A stretch of DNA of 64,000 nucleotides, taken from positions 127,745 through 191,744 of the forward strand of contig DNHS01000035.1 in NCBI GenBank assembly GCA_003485765.1, written 5' to 3'. Below the pieces are notes generated by a model. The model saw nothing but the letters and a program-made list of their open reading frames with translations, was not told the DNA's origin and made no database searches. The position numbers and the translations under genes were made by a program. This document shows positions 1 through 10,907 of this stretch, one piece after another. Numbering within the stretch: the first letter of the stretch is position 1; each line of letters begins with the position of its first letter. This stretch comes from Candidatus Omnitrophota bacterium (lineage in GTDB: Bacteria > Omnitrophota > Gorgyraeia > Gorgyraeales > Gorgyraeaceae).

Positions 1-648
1 ATAGGTGGCATAAAAGCAGAAATACTGAAAAAAGAAAAACTTTATATGTTAGTAGATGCAGGGTTAATAACAGTCAGAATGGGCATACAGAGCGGAAGCG
101 AAAGGGTAAATAGGCAGGTATTTAAAAGGCATTTTTCTAAAGAAAAAAATATTGAGGCGGCTAAAATTTTTAAATTGTTTAAAAATAAGTTAAGGCCGCC
201 TTTTTATGATATTATCTTAGATAACCCTTGGGAAAATAGAGCTGATAAGCTTGCTACTTTGGAACTCTTAAGGGAGTTGCCGCGCCCGTATTTCTTAAAC
301 GTTTTTTCTCTATCCTTTTTTCCAGGCACAGAGCTTTACGAACGCGCATTAAAAGAAGGATTGATTAATGCCTATGACCCATTAAAGCAGTATCATAAAA
401 TCAGGAAAAATTTTTTGAATCTCTTGATGTTGTATACCAGCATATTGAAATTTCCTCGTTCTTTTTACAGAAGATTTCTTGATTCTAAAATGATAAAAGA
501 AGAAAAAAAAGAATACGTATTCTTTTATTATATTTATGTATTTATAAATCTATTTTCTCGTTTATTATCTTACTATACAAACTACAAATTCGTTTTGGCT
601 AAAATCAGAAAAATCGGAAAGGAAATAACTTATGGAATCTCAGATTAA
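1..648 (+). CDS. radical SAM protein, C-terminal portion (5' end lies outside window)
   Basis: Frame 1 is open from position 1. The translation resembles the C-terminal half of B12-binding/class-B radical SAM enzymes (…GIQSGSERV…FFPGTELYE…). The CxxxCxxC motif would lie upstream of the window. Confidence 0.45.
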   Translation: MGGIKAEILKKEKLYMLVDAGLITVRMGIQSGSERVNRQVFKRHFSKEKNIEAAKIFKLFKNKLRPPFYDIILDNPWENRADKLATLELLRELPRPYFLNVFSLSFFPGTELYERALKEGLINAYDPLKQYHKIRKNFLNLLMLYTSILKFPRSFYRRFLDSKMIKEEKKEYVFFYYIYVFINLFSRLLSYYTNYKFVLAKIRKIGKEITYGISD

Positions 649-1819
649 ATCAAATGATAATGAAATAGATGTATCAGTAGTCATGCCGTGCCTTAATGAA
701 GAGGAAATGATTGGAATATGTATTGAAAAGACTAAAAAGGCATTCAAGGATCATGATATAAAAGGTGAGATTATTGTTTCAGATAATGGCTCAAAAGACA
801 GGTCTGTGGAAATAGCTTTGAATTCAGGCGCAAGAGTTGTGCATCAGCCATTAAGGGGATATGGCAATGCCTATATGAAGGGAATAGAAAGCGCAAAAGG
901 GAAATACGTTGTAATGGGAGATGCAGACAATACTTATGATTTTTCTGAAATTCATAAATTTATAGAGCCTTTAAAAAAAGGCGCAGATATGGTTATGGGA
1001 TCCCGTTTAAAAGGAAAGATACATAAAGGCGCCATGCCTTTTTTGCATAGGTACATAGGCAATCCTGTGCTTTCAGGTATTCTTGAGTTAATGTTTAAGG
1101 CAAAGGTCTCTGATGCTCATTGCGGCATGAGGTCTTTTAGAAGAGAAGTTTTTGATAAATTATGCCTGAAAACACCAGGTATGGAATTTGCGTCTGAGAT
1201 GATAATAAAGGCAGCCAAGGCCAGATTAAAAATAGAGGACATTCCTATAACGTATTATCCTAGGGAGGGAGAGTCGAAACTTAGGACATTTAAAGATGGA
1301 TGGAGACACTTGAGGTTTATGCTGTTACTGAGCCCGGAATATTTATTCATATTACCAGGGATTATTATGTTGTTATTTGGATTGACGTCGCTTATTGCTT
1401 TAATAGGCGGACCTATAGCTATTTTAAATCATAAATTTGATTTACATATGATGATTCTTTCTAGTTTTTTTACGATTTCAGGGCTGCAAGTTTTATCTTT
1501 AGGATTATTTACACAAATATATTCTCATAATCTATTCGCTAGCGACAATAAACTCGTTACGTTTTTTATAAAATGTTTTACATTGGAAAAAGGCATATAT
1601 TCAGGCCTGTTCTTTTTAATGGTAGGTTTTTTATTTTGCGTAAAAGTTTTATATAACTATCTGCATGCCATAACAGGAGATTCTATTTACTACAACGCAA
1701 GATTTGCGGTATTTGGAGTTACTATGATGATAATGGGCTTACAGCTTATATTTTCTTCGTTTTATGTAAGTTTCTTAAACCTAAAAAAGGAACATGAAGA
1801 TTTTAATTATATGTCATGA
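632..1819 (+). CDS. family 2 glycosyltransferase (DPM1-like) with C-terminal multi-TM region
   Basis: N-terminus VSVVMPCLNEEE…VSDNGSKD…GDADNTYD is a GT-A fold with DxD. The C-terminal 150 aa are hydrophobic helices. Confidence 0.75.
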   Translation: MESQIKSNDNEIDVSVVMPCLNEEEMIGICIEKTKKAFKDHDIKGEIIVSDNGSKDRSVEIALNSGARVVHQPLRGYGNAYMKGIESAKGKYVVMGDADNTYDFSEIHKFIEPLKKGADMVMGSRLKGKIHKGAMPFLHRYIGNPVLSGILELMFKAKVSDAHCGMRSFRREVFDKLCLKTPGMEFASEMIIKAAKARLKIEDIPITYYPREGESKLRTFKDGWRHLRFMLLLSPEYLFILPGIIMLLFGLTSLIALIGGPIAILNHKFDLHMMILSSFFTISGLQVLSLGLFTQIYSHNLFASDNKLVTFFIKCFTLEKGIYSGLFFLMVGFLFCVKVLYNYLHAITGDSIYYNARFAVFGVTMMIMGLQLIFSSFYVSFLNLKKEHEDFNYMS

Positions 1820-2930
1820 GTTTCCTCCTATAGGAGGAGGCGCGGCAAATGCTGCATTTTATATAGCAAGTTACCTTAGAAATAAACAGCATGAGGTAAC
1901 AGTGATTACCTCAAGATTTAAACGGGTCAACCAGGCTGAATATGATTTCAACATAATTTATCTCCCTGTTTTGAGAAAGCATATTGACAGGACATCGCCT
2001 TTGGAATTGATTTCTTTCGCTCTGTCAGGTATTTTTTATAGTTTATTTAATATCAGAAAGTCTAGATACGATATATGCCTTGCTATGCACGGTATACCTA
2101 GCGGATGGGTTGCTTTTGTTATACGCAAGATTTTTGGAATTTCTTATATTGTTTCTCTTCGCGGAGGTGACGTGCCAGGCTTTTTGCCTCAGGAATATGA
2201 TAGGCTTCATAAAAAAGTAAAAATTCTAACCAAACTATATTGGAAAAATGCAAAATCTATTATTGCCAATAGCGAGGGTTTAAAAGAGCTGGCAGATATT
2301 ACTGCGAATACGTTAGATAAAAAGGTAAAGATTGTATCAAATGGTGTTGATTGTCAGGCCTTTAAACCGGATTATTCGTTAAGAGACAATCAGTCCATTA
2401 GGATTATTTACGCTGGAAGAATTACTTTACAAAAGGGATTGGAAGGCTTTATTAAAGCTGTAAAACAAGCTAAGGACAAGATAAAAAATAATTTTAATAT
2501 AAAAATTATAGGCAATGGCTATTTAAAGGCCTATCTTGAAAAGATATCATTTGAATTGTGCGGCAAGGGTATTATAACATTCAGCGATTGGATGGATAAG
2601 AAGAGCCTGATTATGGAATACAAAAAAGCGCATATATTTATTCTTCCGTCATTTTATGAGGGTATGTCAAACTCACTTCTTGAAGCCATGGCATGCGGTT
2701 GTATGGTGATAGCAAGCGATATACCTGGCAATAGAGAGCTTGTTAAAAGATATGAAAATGGTGTTCTTTTTAATCCAAGCGATTCATTGAATTTAGAAGA
2801 GGTATTGATGAATGTTTTAAATAGCGGGCCGGGCACAATAGAAGATATGGGTAAAAAAAGCAGGATAATTGCTGAGAGATTTGATTGGGACAGAGTAACA
2901 GATTTGTATCTTGAAGAGTTCTATGCGTAA
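1794..2930 (+). CDS. family 4 (GT-B) glycosyltransferase
   Basis: MKILIICHEFPPIGGG N-terminus and the C-terminal EGMSNSLLEAMACGCMVIASD E-x7-E motif. Confidence 0.8.
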   Translation: MKILIICHEFPPIGGGAANAAFYIASYLRNKQHEVTVITSRFKRVNQAEYDFNIIYLPVLRKHIDRTSPLELISFALSGIFYSLFNIRKSRYDICLAMHGIPSGWVAFVIRKIFGISYIVSLRGGDVPGFLPQEYDRLHKKVKILTKLYWKNAKSIIANSEGLKELADITANTLDKKVKIVSNGVDCQAFKPDYSLRDNQSIRIIYAGRITLQKGLEGFIKAVKQAKDKIKNNFNIKIIGNGYLKAYLEKISFELCGKGIITFSDWMDKKSLIMEYKKAHIFILPSFYEGMSNSLLEAMACGCMVIASDIPGNRELVKRYENGVLFNPSDSLNLEEVLMNVLNSGPGTIEDMGKKSRIIAERFDWDRVTDLYLEEFYA

Positions 2931-4257
2931 AAAATATCTGATAATTTTTGTTGTGTCAATTTTAATAGCCTTTATTTTCATATATCTTGACAGAGATGCA
3001 AGAAAAATAAAGGCAGATGCAATTATCTATTATACCATAGCAGAAAATATTGTAAGCGGTCATAGCTTTTCTGATAAAATAAACCCTCCATATTCGCCTA
3101 CAATGTCCCGCGAGCCTGTATATCCTTTATTCTTGAGCGTTCTATTTTATTTATTTAACAAAAATATCCTGGCAGTTCAATTTGCTCAAGCCTTGATATA
3201 TGCCTTAACTTGCTTAGTTATGTTGAAAGTTGTTTCTATGTTGTTGAGTGAGGCCAAATATCAGTTTATTATCTCTATGATCATAGCGCTTTTTCCTGTA
3301 ATCCCAAGTTATGTGCCATATATGTTTACCGAAGTTTTGTTTACATTTCTCTTGGCATTATGTGTTTTTTCTATAATAAAAGGTCTAAAACAGGATGGTT
3401 TGAAGTGGTATTTTATTTCAGGTATGCTAATCGGTATTGCTACTTTATGCAGGGCTATATTGATATTATTGCCTGTATTTTTATTGGTTTTAATGTGTGT
3501 GCATTTCTATAAAAAATATAAAAGAATTATCACCCCTGAATTATTCAAGGCGTCTGTTTTACTATTATTTGGATTTGCGCTAGTAGTAATGCCGTGGATG
3601 GCAAGAAATTATTTATTGTTTAATAAGCCATCTATTGCATTAAGAGGTTTTAGCAGTATGTACACAAGGGCCGTAAAAGTGAATTTAAGCAAGGATGAGC
3701 TTAAGATGTATGGAATCTATTGTTTTTCTGAATATTTAGCTGGCAAAGTATATCCACAGCATTACCTTGTTTCTAACGCAGGAGGGTATTTTTATAAACC
3801 AGCGCTTCAAAAAATCAAAGAATATTCAGACAAAGGTATTTCTCAAGAAAAGGCAGATGACATGTTTAAAAAAGAGGTACTGGAGCTGGTCCGAAACCAT
3901 CCAATAAAATTTACTGCTATGGGTTTTTTTGAAATTGTAAAACTCAATTCTTTCTCTCAAGTTTTATTTGTAAATCAGAAGAGCATGGAAGATGCTATTC
4001 TGAACACATATATATTGTTTGCAATAAGAGGTTTTTTAAAATTGCTCGGTTTTTTTATTGTTATCGTAGCTTTTGCAGGAATGATTTCTGTGCATAAACT
4101 CAGGCACGAATGGATGGTTCTATTTTGTGTGATTATGTATTTTAATACGATACATTTTTTTCTTGACTCTGTTGGCAGATACGTTGTTCCGATAATCCCT
4201 TATTATATATTATTTTGTATAGTACAGTTGAGAGGATTAGGACGCAAGGCATTATGA
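2911..4257 (+). CDS. ArnT/PMT-like (GT39/GT83 family) integral membrane glycosyltransferase
   Basis: More than 10 predicted TM helices. N-terminal DAIIYYTIAENIVSGHSFS loop motif is typical of the dolichyl-phosphate-mannose/ArnT family. Paralogous to 23731-24963. Confidence 0.55.
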   Translation: MKSSMRKKYLIIFVVSILIAFIFIYLDRDARKIKADAIIYYTIAENIVSGHSFSDKINPPYSPTMSREPVYPLFLSVLFYLFNKNILAVQFAQALIYALTCLVMLKVVSMLLSEAKYQFIISMIIALFPVIPSYVPYMFTEVLFTFLLALCVFSIIKGLKQDGLKWYFISGMLIGIATLCRAILILLPVFLLVLMCVHFYKKYKRIITPELFKASVLLLFGFALVVMPWMARNYLLFNKPSIALRGFSSMYTRAVKVNLSKDELKMYGIYCFSEYLAGKVYPQHYLVSNAGGYFYKPALQKIKEYSDKGISQEKADDMFKKEVLELVRNHPIKFTAMGFFEIVKLNSFSQVLFVNQKSMEDAILNTYILFAIRGFLKLLGFFIVIVAFAGMISVHKLRHEWMVLFCVIMYFNTIHFFLDSVGRYVVPIIPYYILFCIVQLRGLGRKAL

Positions 4258-5615
4258 TGTTGAAAGAAAAAATTATAAACACTAATAAGCCGGTTATATT
4301 GATGATAGGGGCTGTAATAGCTCTTGCAGTAAATTTTCTACCCTCAGAAGGTATGGTGTTTCCTTTTCTTATTTTTTGTATAGGGCTTTTTATAGGAATG
4401 TTCTTTATTAATTTAATGCCGGAACAAGATAATAAATTTTTAATATCGCTGTTTCTTCTGGCATTTTTGTCAAGGATTTTTGCGTCTCTATTTTTCTTCA
4501 ATGCAGTTTTTTTATATAATGGCAATGGAATGCTTGGAGATGCATGGCCTTTTAGCCAAAGCGGTTATGATGTTCTTCAGATGTGGCTGGCCGGTATCAG
4601 AGACATAAAGACTATTACAGATAATATGATGAAAATAACAGCCAGCGGAAATCTGGGTAGTTATGATTTCTGGAATGCAGTGGTTTATTTTTTTACAGGC
4701 AAAAGCCCTATGTCTGTAATATTTATCAATTGTCTGGCAGGTTCTCTGGCCGTTATATTCATATATTACATTACAAAACAGATGTGCAGTATAAAGGCCG
4801 CTAAAATAGCAGCTATTTTGACCGCTTTTTGGCCTTCAATATTTATGTGGTCAATACAGAATTTAAAGGAATCCTCAAGTATTTTTTTAATAGTATTTTT
4901 AATGTGGGCCATGCTAAATTTAAAGACAAGATTCAGATTTCATTTTATATTTTTGGTGTTTATTTTAAGTTTAGCCCTTAAGGAAATGAGGCTTATCTCA
5001 TTTTTTGTATTTTATATATTGGTAGTTCCATTCGCATTATTTTTATCGATATGCAGGTCTAAAAGGCTGGAATTTATATTTTTAGGCATCTTGATTATAT
5101 TTATTGGGGTTTCATTATTTGAGGTGGTCAAGCTTCAAATAGTAAAGCTTATACCTTTTTTTCCAACCAGAGGCAATATTGAGTTTTTGAAATGGGCATA
5201 TGAGATGAGAACTAACAGGGCTACAGGCGGAACAGCGTTTTTGACTGGTTTAAATTTATCTAACCCATTAAACCTTGTATTTTTTGTGCCAACTGCACTA
5301 TTAATTGCCTGGTTAGCGCCTTTTCCATGGCAGGTGGGGAGCATGTCACAGATAAGCGCTATTCCTGAAATGCTGGTATATTATATGCTCATACCATCTA
5401 TATTTTCAGGTTATAGATTTATAATGAAGCATAGAGTTAGTGAAGGCGGACTATTGATAATAGCCTATATTTTCATAATGATGATTGTCCTGGCATTCAT
5501 AGAAGGCAATATAGGTACTTTATTTAGGCATAGAGCAATGGTTTTGCCTTTTTTATTTGTGTTAATAGGTATAGGGCTGGAGAAAATAACATTTAAAATT
5601 ACAGCGCATGACTAA
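4254..5615 (+). CDS. polytopic membrane protein (possible Wzy-like polymerase or GT-C enzyme)
   Basis: ATG at 4254 overlaps the upstream stop (ATGA). Hydrophobic throughout with no soluble-domain motifs. Function inferred from context only. Confidence 0.35.
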   Translation: MMLKEKIINTNKPVILMIGAVIALAVNFLPSEGMVFPFLIFCIGLFIGMFFINLMPEQDNKFLISLFLLAFLSRIFASLFFFNAVFLYNGNGMLGDAWPFSQSGYDVLQMWLAGIRDIKTITDNMMKITASGNLGSYDFWNAVVYFFTGKSPMSVIFINCLAGSLAVIFIYYITKQMCSIKAAKIAAILTAFWPSIFMWSIQNLKESSSIFLIVFLMWAMLNLKTRFRFHFIFLVFILSLALKEMRLISFFVFYILVVPFALFLSICRSKRLEFIFLGILIIFIGVSLFEVVKLQIVKLIPFFPTRGNIEFLKWAYEMRTNRATGGTAFLTGLNLSNPLNLVFFVPTALLIAWLAPFPWQVGSMSQISAIPEMLVYYMLIPSIFSGYRFIMKHRVSEGGLLIIAYIFIMMIVLAFIEGNIGTLFRHRAMVLPFLFVLIGIGLEKITFKITAHD

Positions 5616-6816
5616 TCCCATAAAAGCATTGTTTATTTCTTATAATGGCGCATTAGAGCCGTTAATACAGTCTCAGGGCATTCCTTACTTAAAAGGATTA
5701 TCTGATAAAGGCGTAAAATGTTTTTTATTAAGTTTTGAAAAAAGAGAAGAAGGAGCACTTGAGCTTAAAAAAGAATTAGAATGCCATGGAATAAAATGGT
5801 ATCGCCTTAAATATCATAAGAGACCAACCTTACCAGCTACTTTATTTGATATATTATCCGGTATTGTCTCGGGCATGTATATAGCTGTTTCAAAAGATAT
5901 TAATATTGTTCATAGCAGGGCTACTGTTCCGGCTTTAATGGGATATGTAATAGCAAAGCTTACAGGAAAAAAATTTATTTTTGATGTAAGAGGATTGATG
6001 GCAGAGGAATATGCTGACGGAGGCATGTGGAAAAGAGGCAGTCTTTTATATAAAGTTACTTCTCGGATTGAAAAAAAGTTATTAAAGAAGGCGGATTCTT
6101 TAATCGTGATTACTGAAAATATAAAAGAATGTTTAACAAATGATGATAGAAAAAAACAGAATATTACTGTGATACCTTGTTGTGTTGATATAGATAAATT
6201 TAGCGAAGAATGTAATCTAACCAAGACGTTAAAGGAAAAATATAAGCTTTCAGGAAAATTTGTGTTTTTGTATATTGGATCCGTTGGAACATGGTATTTA
6301 TTGGAGGAAATGATAGATTTTTTTATCGCGGCTAAAAGTATAATTAATAACGCGCATTTTTTAATATTGACTCATATTGATAAAGATATGGTTATATCTG
6401 CTTGTAAAAGAAAAAAACTGTCTTTTAATGATGTTACTGTTGATAACGCGGAATTTTCTAATATGCCTTATTATATTAAACTGGCAGATGTTGGAATTTT
6501 TTTCATAAAGCCTTGTTTTTCTAAAAGGTCTTCCTGTCCTACTAAATTTGCAGAATACCTGGTTTGTGGTTTACCGCTTGTAATAAATTCAGGAATAGGC
6601 GATACTGATAAAATAGTGAAAGATTATAAGTTAGGAGTAGTTATTGATAAATTTAATCAAGGCTCATATTTGTCTAATACATATCAGCTATTAGAGTTAA
6701 TGAAAGAGAAAGGGGCTATTTCTAATAGATGCAAGAAAACGGCAAAAGATATTTTTTCTTTAGACATAGGTGTCTCTAAGTATTTCGATGTATATAGGAG
6801 CCTGATATGCAATTAA
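5608..6816 (+). CDS. family 4 glycosyltransferase
   Basis: GT-B architecture with the GT4-like C-terminal region (…FAEYLVCGLPLVINSGIGD…). Confidence 0.65.
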   Translation: MTNPIKALFISYNGALEPLIQSQGIPYLKGLSDKGVKCFLLSFEKREEGALELKKELECHGIKWYRLKYHKRPTLPATLFDILSGIVSGMYIAVSKDINIVHSRATVPALMGYVIAKLTGKKFIFDVRGLMAEEYADGGMWKRGSLLYKVTSRIEKKLLKKADSLIVITENIKECLTNDDRKKQNITVIPCCVDIDKFSEECNLTKTLKEKYKLSGKFVFLYIGSVGTWYLLEEMIDFFIAAKSIINNAHFLILTHIDKDMVISACKRKKLSFNDVTVDNAEFSNMPYYIKLADVGIFFIKPCFSKRSSCPTKFAEYLVCGLPLVINSGIGDTDKIVKDYKLGVVIDKFNQGSYLSNTYQLLELMKEKGAISNRCKKTAKDIFSLDIGVSKYFDVYRSLICN

Positions 6817-7685
6817 AAGCTATAGTTACCGGCGCGAATGGTATGTTGGGGGATTCGTTTTGCCCTCTTTTAGAAAATAAAGGTTATCATGTTGTTGCTA
6901 CTGATATTATTACAAATGCAAGAATTATTAAACTAGATATAAAAAATTTAGATAAAACAATGAATGTTGTAAAAAGAGAAAAGCCTGGAATTATCTTTCA
7001 TCTTGCCGCTGAAACAGATGTTGATAAATGTGAGTTAAATGAAAAGCATGCTTATGAAACAAATGCTAAGGGAACAGAAAACATAGCCTTATGCTGTAAA
7101 GAGCTGGATATCCCTATGGTTTATATAAGCACAGGATCTGTTTTTGACGGGGAAAAAGAAGATGGATATACAGAGGAAGATGTTGCTGGCCCACCAGTAA
7201 ACATATATGCCAAAAGTAAACTGGAAGGCGAAAAAATAGTAAAATCTTTGCTATCTAAATACTATATTATAAGGGCTGGCTGGATGATAGGAGGTTATAA
7301 TAAAGATAAGAAATTTGTATGGAAGATAGTGGAATTACTAAAAACCAAGAAGGAGATATCAGCAGTTATTGATAAATTTGGGACCCCTACATTTACTAAA
7401 GATTTTTCAAAAGGGATATATGATATTATAACTAAAGGCGAATACGGGCTTTATCACTCTGTAAATAATGGAATATGCACGCGGTTTGACATTGCTAAAA
7501 AGATCATAGAGTACCTAGGTAAAAAAAATATCATATTGAAACCTGTTGATTCAAGAGCTTTTCCTATGCCTGCTCCTCGCCCAAAGTCAGAAGCTCTTAT
7601 TAATCATAAACTATCTTCAATGGGTATGAATAACATGAGGACATGGCAGGAAGCTTTAAAAGAATATATAGAAGAGATTAAATGA
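6807..7685 (+). CDS. dTDP-4-dehydrorhamnose reductase (RmlD)-like sugar-nucleotide reductase
   Basis: N-terminal Rossmann motif TGANGMLG, YAKSK catalytic dyad region, about 290 aa as in RmlD. Confidence 0.6.
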   Translation: MQLKAIVTGANGMLGDSFCPLLENKGYHVVATDIITNARIIKLDIKNLDKTMNVVKREKPGIIFHLAAETDVDKCELNEKHAYETNAKGTENIALCCKELDIPMVYISTGSVFDGEKEDGYTEEDVAGPPVNIYAKSKLEGEKIVKSLLSKYYIIRAGWMIGGYNKDKKFVWKIVELLKTKKEISAVIDKFGTPTFTKDFSKGIYDIITKGEYGLYHSVNNGICTRFDIAKKIIEYLGKKNIILKPVDSRAFPMPAPRPKSEALINHKLSSMGMNNMRTWQEALKEYIEEIK

Positions 7686-8794
7686 AAATATTATTTATAC
7701 AGCCTTACCCTACTGAAGGCGCAAGTGCCAGGTATAGAGTAGAACAGTATGTGCCTTATCTGGAAAAGAACGGCATTAAATGTGTTATCAGGTCTTTTGT
7801 TTCAACTAAGTTTTATAAGATTTTGTATAAAAAAGAGCTTTATTTCAAAAAAATATTATATTTTATTCAAAGCAGTATTCAAAGGTTTTTTGATATATTT
7901 CTTGCAATAAGATCGGATTTAATATTTATACATCTCGAGGCATTTCCTTTAGGCCCTCCGTTTTTAGAGTATATTTTTGCAAAAGTTTTGCATAAAAAAA
8001 TTATATATGATCTGGATGATGCCATCTATATAGGTAGTACTAGTTCAGCTAATAATTTTTTAAAATATTTAAAATGTCCTTCAAAGATTAAAAAAATAAT
8101 CAAAATTAGCAGCCATGTTATAGCTTGCAATGAATATCTTGCCAATTATGCTGAAAAATATAATAACAATGTAACTGTTATTCATACATCAGTAGATACA
8201 GACAAATTTAAACCAATAAATAGAGAGAAAAAAGAAAATATAGTGATAGGGTGGATAGGGAGTCATAGTACAGCAAAATATCTATCAGAATTAAAAGATG
8301 TTTTTTTTGAACTTAGTGCTAAATATAAATTTACCATAAAGGTTATAGGTGCAGGGGAAGGATGCGATTTTGAGATACTCGGAGTAAATGTAGTTCAACT
8401 TGATTGGAGTCTTAAAGACGAAATCGCTCATTTTCAATCTTTTGATATAGGAGTATATCCTTTACCTGAAGATGAATGGACTAAGGGTAAAACAGGTTTT
8501 AAGACTATTCAGTACATGAGCATTGGTATCCCATGCGTGGTGTCGGATGTAGGCGCGAACAGGGATATAATAAAAGATGGCATAAATGGTTATCTTGCAA
8601 GGACAAAAGAAGAATGGATTGAAAAAATATCTAAGCTAATTGATGATGCTGGGTTGAGAGAAAAAATTGGCTTTGCAGGCCGAAAGACAGCGGAAGAAAG
8701 GTATTCTCTTAAAATAAATATCCCAAAATTTATTAGCATCTTTAAAAGTTTCAGTATTGCAAAGAATGAGAGCAAAAAATACAATTATGATTAA
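7682..8794 (+). CDS. family 1/4 glycosyltransferase
   Basis: GT-B C-terminal lobe (…GWIGSHSTAKYL…IGIPCVVSDVGANRDII…). Confidence 0.6.
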   Translation: MKILFIQPYPTEGASARYRVEQYVPYLEKNGIKCVIRSFVSTKFYKILYKKELYFKKILYFIQSSIQRFFDIFLAIRSDLIFIHLEAFPLGPPFLEYIFAKVLHKKIIYDLDDAIYIGSTSSANNFLKYLKCPSKIKKIIKISSHVIACNEYLANYAEKYNNNVTVIHTSVDTDKFKPINREKKENIVIGWIGSHSTAKYLSELKDVFFELSAKYKFTIKVIGAGEGCDFEILGVNVVQLDWSLKDEIAHFQSFDIGVYPLPEDEWTKGKTGFKTIQYMSIGIPCVVSDVGANRDIIKDGINGYLARTKEEWIEKISKLIDDAGLREKIGFAGRKTAEERYSLKINIPKFISIFKSFSIAKNESKKYNYD

Positions 8795-9782
8795 AAAAAG
8801 ACTTGTAAAAATTATTGCGCCAGTCATTGGGCATTTTATTTCTCTTAGATTGCCTTCTATAATAGCAATAGAAGCAACCAATCGTTGCTTTCTTGATTGC
8901 GTTACATGTCCGATACCTAACCATATGAAAAGACAAAAAGGAGATATGCAGCTTTCAACTTTCAGGACTTTTTTAAGTCAAATAAACTGGAAAGTACATA
9001 AGCTAAGTTGGGCATTTGGCGGCGAACCTCTGTTGAATAAAAATATATGGCAGATGATAAAACTTGCTGCTCTTAAAGGTATCCCTTCTAAAGTTGATAC
9101 CAATGGCATGTTGCTTAATAAATATGAAAATGAAATATTTAATTCGAATCTCAGGGTATTAAATATAGCTTTTGAAGGGCTTTCAAAAGAAAACACAAGT
9201 AGCTTTAGACAGGGCTTCGATCATGAATTGGTTATAAGTAACATCAAAGCAATAAGCCGGAGGAAAAACGCAATAGGCGCAGAATATCCTGTAATAATTC
9301 TCAATTATTTAGTTAGAAAGGATAACGAGGATGATATAGAAAGAACTATAGAATTAGCGCGGGGATGGAAGATAGATGATATAATATTTAAAAGTATTAA
9401 TATAAGCCCCAGCTTATGGCTTTCTCAAAGTCAGATGCAATATCTGGGGAATAAATTTCTTCCGGTAAAAAGGGCTGAACTTAGCCGTTATAAACGGCAA
9501 AATGGACAATGGGTTCCTAAAGAGAATCTAAGCGATTATTGCAGATATCTGATAAATAGTCTGACTGTAACATGGGAGGGCAAAGTGTTGCCATGTTGTT
9601 TTGATTTTGATGCGTCTATGGTAGTAGGAGATATACATAATGAAGATTTAAAATCCATATGGCGTAATGAAAGATTTAGTCTTATCAGAAAAAAAGTTTA
9701 TAGCGGCTCTATCCAAATGTGCAATAACTGTACTTCAGTTTCTTTGCAGAAAAAAGTAAATATAATCAAAAATGAATCTTAG
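8787..9782 (+). CDS. radical SAM / SPASM-domain protein
   Basis: AIEATNRCFLDCVTCP gives CxxxCxxC. C-terminal Cys-rich tail (…PCCFDFD…CNNC) is SPASM/twitch-like. The track start at 8757 is TTG; ATG candidates are 8766 and 8787. Confidence 0.7.
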   Translation: MIKKRLVKIIAPVIGHFISLRLPSIIAIEATNRCFLDCVTCPIPNHMKRQKGDMQLSTFRTFLSQINWKVHKLSWAFGGEPLLNKNIWQMIKLAALKGIPSKVDTNGMLLNKYENEIFNSNLRVLNIAFEGLSKENTSSFRQGFDHELVISNIKAISRRKNAIGAEYPVIILNYLVRKDNEDDIERTIELARGWKIDDIIFKSINISPSLWLSQSQMQYLGNKFLPVKRAELSRYKRQNGQWVPKENLSDYCRYLINSLTVTWEGKVLPCCFDFDASMVVGDIHNEDLKSIWRNERFSLIRKKVYSGSIQMCNNCTSVSLQKKVNIIKNES

Positions 9783-9788
9783 ATATAT

Positions 9789-10907
9789 ATGGAATATCTA
9801 AAAAACAAACATATAGCGTTATTCTTTTCTTATAAGGTATCATTGAATGTATGGGAAGACTTAGGAATGATAACTAGAGAATCCAGAATCTGGGGCATTT
9901 TATGGAAAAATTTTAATAAAGTGTCTTTTATCACATATGGCAATAAAAATGAAGAAGTTTTTGGTAAGCACTTTCCTTCTATAAAATTGCTTAATAATAA
10001 ATGGAATTTAAATCCCGCGACCTATAGTATATTTTTGCCGTTTCTTTATAAGAAGGAGCTCATGAATATAGATTTATATAAAGTAAATCAGGTTAGCGGC
10101 GCTTTGCCTGCTATTATCAGTAAGATTTTATATAAAAAGAAGCTTATTATTCGATGCGGATTTCAGCTGTCTCTTTTTTTAAAAAAACAGAAAGAGAATA
10201 TTATTAAAATATTTTTAGCCTTAGTTTTAGAGAGGATATCTTTTTATATGGCTGATGTTATAATAGTAACGTCTATAAAAGACAGGGAATACATAGGTGC
10301 TTATCACAAGGTAAATTTTCACAAGATAAAAGTAATTTCTAATGGGATAGATACAGAATTATTTAACATATTAGAAGGCATAAAAAAGGAACGCGGTCGG
10401 ATTTTATTTGTAGGAAGGCTTATCAGGCAGAAGAATTTATTTTCTCTATTAGAAGCGGTAAAAGGCCTTAAAGAAATTCATCTTGTTATAATAGGCAAGG
10501 GATATCTTAAAGAGGCATTGGCGCAAAAATCAAAGGAGTATCGAGTAAATGTTACTTTTATAGAGAGAATAAAAAACGAAGAGTTACCCATAGAATATAA
10601 TAGATCAGAACTTTTTATATTACCGTCTTTATTCGAAGGTAACCCCAAGGTTTTATTAGAAGCCATGGCCTGTGGACTGCCTGTAATTTGCACTGATGTC
10701 GATGGCATGAATACTATTGTACAGCATGGAGTTAACGGTATGCTATGTCAGAGCCACGATGAAAGTATGAAAAATTCCATCCTTGAATTGCTCAACAATG
10801 AGGGTTTAAGAAAAAAATTAGGCCAAAATGCAAGGGATACTATAGTGTCAAAGTTCAGTTTAGATATGGTTGCTGAACAAGAGATTTTTTGTTATGAGCA
10901 TTTATAG
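9789..10907 (+). CDS. family 4 glycosyltransferase
   Basis: EGNPKVLLEAMACGLPVICTDVDGM motif. Confidence 0.8.
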   Translation: MEYLKNKHIALFFSYKVSLNVWEDLGMITRESRIWGILWKNFNKVSFITYGNKNEEVFGKHFPSIKLLNNKWNLNPATYSIFLPFLYKKELMNIDLYKVNQVSGALPAIISKILYKKKLIIRCGFQLSLFLKKQKENIIKIFLALVLERISFYMADVIIVTSIKDREYIGAYHKVNFHKIKVISNGIDTELFNILEGIKKERGRILFVGRLIRQKNLFSLLEAVKGLKEIHLVIIGKGYLKEALAQKSKEYRVNVTFIERIKNEELPIEYNRSELFILPSLFEGNPKVLLEAMACGLPVICTDVDGMNTIVQHGVNGMLCQSHDESMKNSILELLNNEGLRKKLGQNARDTIVSKFSLDMVAEQEIFCYEHL